This document shows, in pieces, positions 30,970 through 38,665 of a stretch of 64,000 nt of DNA (the first letter of the stretch is position 1; every line of letters begins with the position of its first letter). The DNA is from Candidatus Omnitrophota bacterium (lineage in GTDB: Bacteria > Omnitrophota > Gorgyraeia > Duberdicusellales > 4484-171). The stretch is taken from NCBI GenBank assembly GCA_021735655.1, contig JAIPGM010000002.1:192001-256000 (forward strand). Direction: 5' to 3'. The notes beneath the pieces were generated by a model. That model was given only the letters and a program-made list of their open reading frames with translations, was not told the origin of the DNA and ran no database searches. The position numbers and the translations under genes are program-made.

Positions 30970-33284
30970 TGAAAACTATAGTTAAAAATTTAATTTTACT
31001 TTTATTTCTATCTAACCTCTTAATAGTTGAAAGTTACTCTCAAGAAACTGCGAAACTTGAGAAGTCCAAACATGTTAATAGTGCTTGGTCTCTACGCGGT
31101 CAGAAAAAATACGAACAAGCCTACGAAGAAGTAGACGCTTGCATTGCTAACCTGACTGATAATGCTAATCGCCTAGCGAAAGCTTTAACTGGGCCAACCG
31201 ATGAAGTTAAAAAATCTAGCTATCAAAATATGAATGATATTGCTGAATGTTACTTTATTAGAGCTGAAATATTTCGTGATCAGACAAAGTATGAGGAAGC
31301 TAGTAAAGCTTTCAGCGTCATTATTGAAAAATATCCTTACGCTCAGTGCTTTGACCCCCGGGGCTGGTTTTGGTCTCCGGCCAATGCAGCAAAAGACGCT
31401 ATAAAGGAAATAGCTAATGTTAAACTAGAAGAAAAAATTACCATCGAACCAGAGGTTCCAATCAGTCTTTACGACCCCGGGTTGGAATTCCCGGTTGATT
31501 ACTTAAAATATGGTGAATTTAAAGGTGAGGGAACTGAAGATTACGAATATATTACTAGTGACCCAATAGGCCTATCTAAAGCTGTTGGTGAGGGAATTTA
31601 TCCAAACACTAGTTCGATTAAATTTGATCCAGGATTCATTGCGATCAAGAAAACACTTTCTAGTATTGACCACTGGAAGATCTTAAATAGCCGAAACTTA
31701 AAATTAGCTTTTTATAAGTGGAATATGGCTCCTGAGCCTCAGGGAGTGAAGCAATTTCATTTAGCGGAAATTTTAGAAAGAAGTGGCCTGGTTGAATCGG
31801 CGATAAAAGCTTACTATGCTGCATTGGTTCATTTTCCAAAAAGTTATGGCTGGACTTATTGGCATACACCTTGGTATGTATCTAAGGTGGCACTTTACCG
31901 AATAAAATATTTACTTAAAAAAAATCCCGAACTCAATCTTGCTCTCGAAGGAGCTGAAGTTAAAATAATTAACGGCTACGATAACGATATTCGTAATGAT
32001 ATCTTCTTAGTCAGCCCAGGTCGTTTAGTCGCACTTTCATTCTGGGAAAAAAGCTTCATTGACAACTCTTGTTCTGCTCGCAAGCAAAAACTTGGAGAAG
32101 TTGTTAAGAGTAGCGGAAATATAATTAAACTAGTCAATTATCAACCCGGAGGATGGCAACTATTGTTAAATGATAAGCCATTTATGGTCAAAGCAATAAC
32201 TTACGGACCTACTAGAGTTGGAGAATCTCCTGATGATGGTAGTATGCAGAACTGGACTACTCAGGATTTAAATGAAAATGGAATTATTGACTCAGGTTTT
32301 GAAACTTGGGTTGATAAAAACCAAAATAATCTTCAAGATGAAGGGGAAAAAGTGGTTGGCGATTTTGCTCTTCTTAAGCAAATGGGGGCTAACTCGATTA
32401 GGCTCTATCATCAGCCTCTAGAATTAAATAAAAAAATTCTTCGACAAATGTATGAAAAATATGGTATATATGTACTACTGGGTGATTTCCTTGGTAAATA
32501 CGCCTTAGGTAGTGGTGCAGATTGGGACCCAGGAACCGATTATGATAATCCGGACCAAAAGCAGAAAATGCTTGAAAGTATTGAGAAAATGGTCCGAGAG
32601 TTTAAGGATGAACCCTACGTTCTGATGTGGCTTTTAGGTAACGAAAACGTTTATGGTCTAGGATGTAATGCTGACAAGAAGCCAGAAAGCTTCTTTAAAT
32701 TTGCTAATGAGGCAGCCCGCCTCATTAAGTCTTTAGATCCAAAAAAGCGTCCAGTAGCCATTGTTTCAGGGGATATTCTGTATTTAGATATCTTTGCTAA
32801 AAATTGCCCTGACATTGATATTTTTGGTACCAATGCTTATCGGGGAAAATATGGGTTTTTAGATATTTGGGATGAAGTTAGCCGAGTTGCGAATAAAGCA
32901 ACGATGATAACCGAGTATGGTACTTCTTCTTATGCCAAGGGTTACTCTTTGGAGGAAGCTGAACAATACCAAGCCGGCTATCATCGAGCTTGTTGGGAAG
33001 ATATAATCTGTAACTCTGCTGGTTTCGGAGCTGGAAATGCCGTTGGCGGAATAGCTTTCGAATGGATAGACGAGTGGTGGAAGGCGTATAAGCCTGCTTA
33101 CCACGATCGTAAAGGTCTTTTTAGCGGGCCGTTTCTTGATGGATATATGCATGAAGAATGGCTTGGTGTCTCTGGTCAGGGCGATGGAAGTAAATCACCT
33201 TATTTGCGCCATTTAAAAAAGTCTTATTTTACGTACAAAGAACTTTGGAATCAACCTTGCGAAGAAAGGGTAAGTAAAAATTAG
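30969..33284 (+). CDS. secreted two-domain protein: N-terminal helical (TPR-like) domain plus C-terminal clan GH-A TIM-barrel glycoside hydrolase (family uncertain)
   Basis: Signal peptide; LLGNENVYG (acid/base region), ITEYGTSSY (nucleophile region), FEWIDEWWK shared with paralog 34646-36028. Confidence 0.55.
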   Translation: MKTIVKNLILLLFLSNLLIVESYSQETAKLEKSKHVNSAWSLRGQKKYEQAYEEVDACIANLTDNANRLAKALTGPTDEVKKSSYQNMNDIAECYFIRAEIFRDQTKYEEASKAFSVIIEKYPYAQCFDPRGWFWSPANAAKDAIKEIANVKLEEKITIEPEVPISLYDPGLEFPVDYLKYGEFKGEGTEDYEYITSDPIGLSKAVGEGIYPNTSSIKFDPGFIAIKKTLSSIDHWKILNSRNLKLAFYKWNMAPEPQGVKQFHLAEILERSGLVESAIKAYYAALVHFPKSYGWTYWHTPWYVSKVALYRIKYLLKKNPELNLALEGAEVKIINGYDNDIRNDIFLVSPGRLVALSFWEKSFIDNSCSARKQKLGEVVKSSGNIIKLVNYQPGGWQLLLNDKPFMVKAITYGPTRVGESPDDGSMQNWTTQDLNENGIIDSGFETWVDKNQNNLQDEGEKVVGDFALLKQMGANSIRLYHQPLELNKKILRQMYEKYGIYVLLGDFLGKYALGSGADWDPGTDYDNPDQKQKMLESIEKMVREFKDEPYVLMWLLGNENVYGLGCNADKKPESFFKFANEAARLIKSLDPKKRPVAIVSGDILYLDIFAKNCPDIDIFGTNAYRGKYGFLDIWDEVSRVANKATMITEYGTSSYAKGYSLEEAEQYQAGYHRACWEDIICNSAGFGAGNAVGGIAFEWIDEWWKAYKPAYHDRKGLFSGPFLDGYMHEEWLGVSGQGDGSKSPYLRHLKKSYFTYKELWNQPCEERVSKN

Positions 33285-33364
33285 AATTACAGAAACACGA
33301 AATAACCACGGGAAGTGTAAAATTTCTGTAATTCTAGTAAGTAGTTAAGGTAGTCCGTGGTTAT
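33282..33364 (+). promoter_or_regulatory. interleaved perfect inverted repeats (14 bp and 10 bp) in the GH1-to-CBM-like intergenic region; candidate RNA pseudoknot or switch
   Basis: TAGAATTACAGAAA 33282-33295 pairs with TTTCTGTAATTCTA 33323-33336; ATAACCACGG 33302-33311 pairs with CCGTGGTTAT 33355-33364. Confidence 0.5.
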
Positions 33365-33386
33365 AAGAAAAGAGGAGGTTCACGAA

Positions 33387-34577
33387 ATGGGCAAAAGACT
33401 TTTGTTGAGCATTTTCTGTTTTGTTGCGGCGACTGGATTTGTCGTAGGCAGCTATGCCTTGAGTGGCGAATGTTTGGCTGTAGATAATTTCTTTGTCTAT
33501 ACCGACAAAAATTCACCACAGAATAACTTTATTCCTAGTGGTTGGATGGGTGACTATGGGGATTTGCGGATGAACGACCAGGCAACTGATGAGTACGCTT
33601 CTGGAGCAACCTCAATTAAGATCACCTATACCGCAAAAAAAGCCCAAAATCAGGGCTGGGCTGGTATTTTCTGGCAATCAGCACAAGGCAACTGGGGCGA
33701 GAAAGATACTGGAATTGATTTAAGTCGTTACAACAAGCTTGTTTTAAAAGCTAAGGGTGAAAACGGCGGCGAGGTAATAACCAAAATAAAGGTTGGTGGA
33801 ATTACTAATAATTCAGCTACTGGAGAGCCAGTATCTTTTCCTGACACTCTTGATGTAGAATCGGGACCAATACGCCTAACTAATGACTGGCAAGAATATT
33901 CTATAAATCTTGCTGAGCAAGATTTATCTAACGTTAACGGCGGCTTTGCTATAATTTTCAACGTTGATCATGCTGAAGGTGGACAAACAATCTATCTAGA
34001 TGAAATTCACTTTACTTATGATGCCGGACTAAAAAAAGAAGAAGCAAGAGTTAATCTTCCTTTTTATGTTTATGCTGATTCAAACTCTTTAGACAATCAC
34101 TTCATTCCCAGTGGTTGGATGCCGGCAACTGCCGCAAGAGATTTGCATATAAACACAAATTGGAAAAATTACCCTTTTTCAGGTGACAGCTCGATAAGAG
34201 TTGAATACAAAAATGAATCAGGAACACGTTGGGCTGGCATCTATTGGCAGCAACCGGCAAATAACTGGGGAACAGTACCTAATGCTGGATATAATCTTCA
34301 AGGGGCCAGCAAACTTACTTTTTGGGCTCGTGGAGACAGCGGAGCTGAAGTAATCAATGAATTCAAAGTTGGAGGAATTTCCAGCGGCGAGTATATTGAT
34401 TCTGACAGTGCCAGTATCGGCCCAGTTCAGTTATCTCCTGAATGGAAAAAGTATGAGATTGATTTGACCGGTAAAGACCTTTCATACATTATTGGTGGTT
34501 TTTGCTGGGCAACTAACATCGACGTAAACGATCCAGAAGGAATAGTATTTTACCTCGATGAAATTGCTTACGAATAA
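33387..34577 (+). CDS. secreted protein with two tandem about 190-aa CBM-like repeats (start moved to ATG after AAGAGGAGG RBS)
   Basis: Signal peptide; repeats share FIPSGWM, WAGI(F/Y)WQ, NWG, KVGGI and YLDEI blocks. Confidence 0.6.
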   Translation: MGKRLLLSIFCFVAATGFVVGSYALSGECLAVDNFFVYTDKNSPQNNFIPSGWMGDYGDLRMNDQATDEYASGATSIKITYTAKKAQNQGWAGIFWQSAQGNWGEKDTGIDLSRYNKLVLKAKGENGGEVITKIKVGGITNNSATGEPVSFPDTLDVESGPIRLTNDWQEYSINLAEQDLSNVNGGFAIIFNVDHAEGGQTIYLDEIHFTYDAGLKKEEARVNLPFYVYADSNSLDNHFIPSGWMPATAARDLHINTNWKNYPFSGDSSIRVEYKNESGTRWAGIYWQQPANNWGTVPNAGYNLQGASKLTFWARGDSGAEVINEFKVGGISSGEYIDSDSASIGPVQLSPEWKKYEIDLTGKDLSYIIGGFCWATNIDVNDPEGIVFYLDEIAYE

Positions 34578-34591
34578 ACGGAAATAATAAA

Positions 34592-34621
34592 CCCTACTAG
34601 AGACTTTGTTCTCTAGTAGGG
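34592..34621 (+). terminator. perfect 12-bp stem hairpin (CCCTACTAGAGA/TCTCTAGTAGGG, 6-nt loop) downstream of the CBM-like gene
   Basis: Direct inspection; followed by AT-rich, T-containing tract. Confidence 0.5.
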
Positions 34622-34645
34622 CAGTCTTAATTTAAATTTTATTTT

Positions 34646-36028
34646 ATGTTTAAAAACTTTAAATTTACTTGGGCTAATTTTAAAATAGACAGAAAACGTG
34701 CTCAACGTCTTTGTGTAGCATTCATTTTTTTAATGCTGATTGGAATATTTGGCTATCTTTTAGCTTATACCCGTTTTTTAACCCTTCAATCTAAAACGAT
34801 AAGCCTTATTTCTCTGAACAAAAAATTAACAGCTAAACTTAAAAATTGTCGGGAGCGACTTGAATTATGTCAAGATCGCTTTGTAAAAAAAGTTGAAATA
34901 ATCCCTAATTCTTGCGGTGGTTACAACTTTTATGTTAAAGGAAAACCTTTTCTAGTAAAAGGCGTAGGCTATAATCCTACGCCAATAGGTAAAGGTTACG
35001 ACTATGAACTTTTCAGCGATGAGACTAAACCTTGGCTCGTTGACGGTAAACTTATGAAAGAGGCCGGCATAAACTGTGTCCGTATTTATTCAACTGGTAG
35101 TGATTTAGAAAAAGTTAAAGAATTTATCAGTGATATGTATGAAAAATTTGGTATTTATACTTTAGTTAGCGATTGGCTAGGATTGTGGGATTATCCACGA
35201 GCAAACTATGCCGATCAAAAATTTCGTGAACGAACTAAGAAAAGAATTTTAGGAATCGTTGAAGCCTTAAAAAATGAAGAAGGCCTATTAATGTGGATCC
35301 TTGGTAATGAAAATAACTATACCTTTTCCGGGCGTATTGGATTTTGGACTTCAAATGAAATCGAAAAGCTTCCTGAAGCTTGTGATAAGCAAAATAAACG
35401 CGCTGAGATTTACTACAGTTTTGTTAATGACCTCACTTTAGCGATTAAAAAAATAGACCCGTTGCATCCAATAGCTTTAGGCAATGGTGAGGCTAACTTT
35501 CTTCAAATTGCCTCTCAACAGGCCAAAGATGTAGATCTTCTAGCAATAATTATCTATCGTGGTAAAAGTTTCGGTAATTTATTCAATAGCGTTCGTCACT
35601 CTTTCGATAAACCGATTATGCTTTCAGAATTTGGCTCCGATTCTTATGATGCTTATCGTGAGAAGGAAGACCAGGATATTCAATCTGAATTTTTAATTTC
35701 GCAGTGGAAAGATTTGTATGCTAATACCACAATCAGCGGTAACTGCGAAGCAAATGCGATCGGTGGGTCTCTTTTTGAATGGAATGATGAGTGGTGGAAG
35801 CATAATGAGGGTTACAGCGATGGCTGGAGCATCCACGATACCGAAGCTGGCTGGTCTCACGGAGCCTATTTTTTTGATATTCGTGCCAAAAATAATTTGA
35901 ATATGAATGAAGAATGGTTTGGTATCGTTAGCTTAAGTAAAGACAAGGAAAATGGAATAAATAAAAGGAATCCTAAAAAGTCTTACTACGATCTTCGTAC
36001 TTTTTTCGGCCAACCTTATACCGATTAA
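34646..36028 (+). CDS. membrane-anchored clan GH-A glycoside hydrolase, paralog of the C-terminal domain of 30969-33284
   Basis: N-terminal TM; ILGNENNYTF, LSEFGSDSY and FEWNDEWWK motifs. Confidence 0.55.
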   Translation: MFKNFKFTWANFKIDRKRAQRLCVAFIFLMLIGIFGYLLAYTRFLTLQSKTISLISLNKKLTAKLKNCRERLELCQDRFVKKVEIIPNSCGGYNFYVKGKPFLVKGVGYNPTPIGKGYDYELFSDETKPWLVDGKLMKEAGINCVRIYSTGSDLEKVKEFISDMYEKFGIYTLVSDWLGLWDYPRANYADQKFRERTKKRILGIVEALKNEEGLLMWILGNENNYTFSGRIGFWTSNEIEKLPEACDKQNKRAEIYYSFVNDLTLAIKKIDPLHPIALGNGEANFLQIASQQAKDVDLLAIIIYRGKSFGNLFNSVRHSFDKPIMLSEFGSDSYDAYREKEDQDIQSEFLISQWKDLYANTTISGNCEANAIGGSLFEWNDEWWKHNEGYSDGWSIHDTEAGWSHGAYFFDIRAKNNLNMNEEWFGIVSLSKDKENGINKRNPKKSYYDLRTFFGQPYTD

Positions 36029-36072
36029 TAACAGTTTTGTTGCACAGACTATTTTGATATAATGTAATTTGG

Positions 36073-36705
36073 ATGAAAAATTATTGGAATCTAGCCATAA
36101 CTTTCTCTTTGATTTTTCATAGTGCCTTAATTATACGCTTACCTCAATTGACTTTTTTTAGCAAAAAAAGAAACGCTGTTAAAACGGAAATTAAAAAAGA
36201 AGTAACCATGGTACCTGAAAATGTTAAAGAGAAGGTAAAGGTCAGGACTGATTCGATAGCCCTAATCGAACCTGCACCTTATACTGAAAATATTATGGAT
36301 ACGCTTATAAAAAATGGCGGTATTACCACAATGAGTAAAACTGATGTTTTTGAAAAAAACATTAAAGAAATCGTTCTTTCTGAAATACCGCCACACAATA
36401 AGGAACTAAAAAAAAATCCAGCCTATATGAACTATTATCGTCTTATCCGAGAAAAAATACGTAGTAATACTTATCGTTACTATCGCTCAAGTAATACTGG
36501 TAAGGTATTGTTAAGCTTCATCGTGCTTAAAGACGGTGACTTAGGTGAGTTTTTTCTAGACGATGAATCAGTGGCTGATGATGGTTTGCGCCAGATAACT
36601 CTAGAAAGCATTAAAGATGCAGCTCCTTTTCCGCCTTTCCCTGATGAGTTAAGTAATTATACCCAGCTTAGCTTTCGTATCCCAATTTACTTTAAAAATA
36701 ATTAA
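36073..36705 (+). CDS. TonB C-terminal-domain-like protein
   Basis: N-terminal TM, C-terminal TonB_C-like block (GKVLLSFIVLKDGDL...FPPFPDEL). Confidence 0.5.
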   Translation: MKNYWNLAITFSLIFHSALIIRLPQLTFFSKKRNAVKTEIKKEVTMVPENVKEKVKVRTDSIALIEPAPYTENIMDTLIKNGGITTMSKTDVFEKNIKEIVLSEIPPHNKELKKNPAYMNYYRLIREKIRSNTYRYYRSSNTGKVLLSFIVLKDGDLGEFFLDDESVADDGLRQITLESIKDAAPFPPFPDELSNYTQLSFRIPIYFKNN

Positions 36706-36853
36706 TCTGGGTTACCTGCGAAGTGGCCCTGCCGTCTTGCTCAGGGGCTTCTCGCCGTAACGAAGTGCGATTGAGGGTGCAAAAGGAAAGAATTAACCCA
36801 AGAGTAGCCGAGCAACTTTATGGAAATGCATAATTCGACTAAGCCCTCATTAC

Positions 36854-36881
36854 TTGACATTCGAGGTTAGGATTATATAAT
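36854..36881 (+). promoter_or_regulatory. consensus sigma70 promoter TTGACA-16-TATAAT, 6 nt upstream of ATG (leaderless)
   Basis: -35 at 36854-36859, -10 at 36876-36881, ATG 36888, no SD. Confidence 0.55.
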
Positions 36882-36887
36882 ATAGCG

Positions 36888-37691
36888 ATGATAAGGAAGC
36901 CGGCGGTAAGCGGGCAATTTTACCCTAGTGATAAAAGAGATCTTGAGGCTACAATCGATGGATTTAAGCCTAAAAGAAACAATAAAATTTCTGCTAAGGG
37001 TATAATTCTTCCTCATGCTGGTTACGCTTATTCAGGACGGGTAGCAGTTGAAACAATCAGTAGAGTTTTAGCTAAAAAAAAATTGATTTTACTTGGACCC
37101 AATCATACTGGGTTGGGTGAAAAGTTTAGTCTTTGGGGTAAAGGAAAGTGGGAGACCCCTTTGGCCTCAATTAATATTGACGAAGAGTTAAGCAAGCGTA
37201 TTTTAGGAACCGGAAGCTTAATTGCTGAAGATAAGCTTGCTCATCAGCACGAACATTCTTTAGAGGTTCAGTTACCGATTCTATATCGTTTTTTTGGACA
37301 ATTTAGTTTTGTTCCGATCGCTTGTCAACAAGCGAGCCTTGCAAATTATCGTAAGGTTGCAGCTCAGATTTGCCAAGCGATAAAAGCTCAAGAGGATGAA
37401 GTTCTTTTCATTGCTTCGACTGACCTAACTCATTATGAACCTGATATAACAGCAAGGGTCAAGGATAGGACAGTTATCGAAGCAATTATTAACTTGGACG
37501 AAGAAGAGCTACTAAACAAAGTTAAGGCAAAAGGCATAACTATGTGCGGTGTGGCTCCGGTAGCGATTCTTCTTTGTTGTTTAAAAGCGGTTGGCGCCAA
37601 AAAAGCAGAAGTTTGTCTTTATCAGACTAGCGGCGACGCAGGTGGAGATAAAACTTCAGTTGTCGGTTATGTAGGGATGATTATTAAATAA
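36888..37691 (+). CDS. MEMO1-family protein (AmmeMemoRadiSam system protein B)
   Basis: 267 aa, N-terminal RKPAVSGQFYP, His-rich motifs typical of MEMO1/LigB-like fold. Confidence 0.75.
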   Translation: MIRKPAVSGQFYPSDKRDLEATIDGFKPKRNNKISAKGIILPHAGYAYSGRVAVETISRVLAKKKLILLGPNHTGLGEKFSLWGKGKWETPLASINIDEELSKRILGTGSLIAEDKLAHQHEHSLEVQLPILYRFFGQFSFVPIACQQASLANYRKVAAQICQAIKAQEDEVLFIASTDLTHYEPDITARVKDRTVIEAIINLDEEELLNKVKAKGITMCGVAPVAILLCCLKAVGAKKAEVCLYQTSGDAGGDKTSVVGYVGMIIK

Positions 37692-37715
37692 ACGATTTTA
37701 AATTAGGAGAAAATA

Positions 37716-38057
37716 ATGGATCAAGAAGCTCAAAAGAAAGTGGATGAAAGTTGGAAAAATCAGGTACGTAAAGAAAAGGAAGAAACCGAAAACAAAAATG
37801 ATACTTATCATCAGCCGAATTTTTCAATATTTTTATCATCTTTAGGAATGCAAGCTATGATTGCAATGGGAAAACTAGAAAACCCTTTAACTAAAAAGCT
37901 TGAGATCAACCTTGAGCAAGCAAGATTTTTAATTGACACTATCGGAGTAATTAAGGAAAAAACTAAAGGTAACCTTAGCCCTGAAGAGGAAACTTTGTTG
38001 AACGATTCACTTTATAGTTTACGCATGATTTACGTGGAGTCTAAAGGTGATAAATAA
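37716..38057 (+). CDS. DUF1844-like small acidic protein
   Basis: 113 aa; recalled family pattern (F.IFL..LG.QA...G...NP.T......L..A...ID.........KTKGNL). Confidence 0.4.
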   Translation: MDQEAQKKVDESWKNQVRKEKEETENKNDTYHQPNFSIFLSSLGMQAMIAMGKLENPLTKKLEINLEQARFLIDTIGVIKEKTKGNLSPEEETLLNDSLYSLRMIYVESKGDK

Positions 38058-38214
38058 AGATCTTTTAAGTATTCTTGCTTGTCCGGCCTGTAAAGGTTCA
38101 GTTAATTTAGAGAATCAGACAGTTGTCTGTGAAGTTTGCGCTAAGGCTTATCCGATTAAGGACGGTATTCCAATAATGATTGTCGAGGAGGCAGAAAAAC
38201 ATGAAATCAAGTAA
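38047..38214 (+). CDS. Trm112/UPF0434-like zinc-ribbon protein (55 aa, GTG start; not in supplied ORF track)
   Basis: Translation VINKDLLSILACPACKGSVNLENQTVVCEVCAKAYPIKDGIPIMIVEEAEKHEIK; CPxC...CxxC, DGIPIM core. Confidence 0.6.
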   Translation: MINKDLLSILACPACKGSVNLENQTVVCEVCAKAYPIKDGIPIMIVEEAEKHEIK

Positions 38215-38665
38215 AGTGAAAAAAGTTTTAATTATCCACGGACCCAACCTGCATCTTTTGGGTAAGCGCGAACCAGACATCTACGGAAACTTTAGCTTGT
38301 TAGATTTAAATCGTGACTTAAAGCTTAAAGCTAAAAAAAGTAAGATTGCGATAGCGATTTTTCAGTCTAATTCTGAAGGAGAAATCGTTGAAAAAATAAC
38401 TAACTCTAAGTATGATTTTTTAATAATTAACCCCGCTGCTTACACACATACTTCAGTGGCCATTCGTGATGCGCTTCTTGGCGTAAATAAACCTACCCTT
38501 GAGGTGCATATTTCAAATATTTACCGGCGAGAAGACTTTAGAAAAAAATCCCTAGTCAGCGACGTTGTCTTAGGAATTATTGGTGGGTTAGGTAAATGGA
38601 GTTACTTATTGGCCTTAGATGCCGCCATTGCCTTCTTTAAGAATAACCTTTCAGCAAAAAAGTGA
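38201..38665 (+). CDS. aroQ: 3-dehydroquinate dehydratase type II (start moved to ATG after GAGGAGG)
   Basis: LIIHGPNLHLLGKREPDIYG signature. Confidence 0.9.
   Translation: MKSSKVKKVLIIHGPNLHLLGKREPDIYGNFSLLDLNRDLKLKAKKSKIAIAIFQSNSEGEIVEKITNSKYDFLIINPAAYTHTSVAIRDALLGVNKPTLEVHISNIYRREDFRKKSLVSDVVLGIIGGLGKWSYLLALDAAIAFFKNNLSAKK

Noticed and set aside
36706-36887. Identification of the GC-rich island as SRP RNA, 6S RNA, tmRNA or RNase P RNA
   Set aside because: None of the hallmark motifs are present: SRP domain IV GGAA/AGCAGC symmetric loop, 6S central bubble with closing stems, tmRNA GGGG...tRNA-like end. It is kept only as an unassigned structured candidate.
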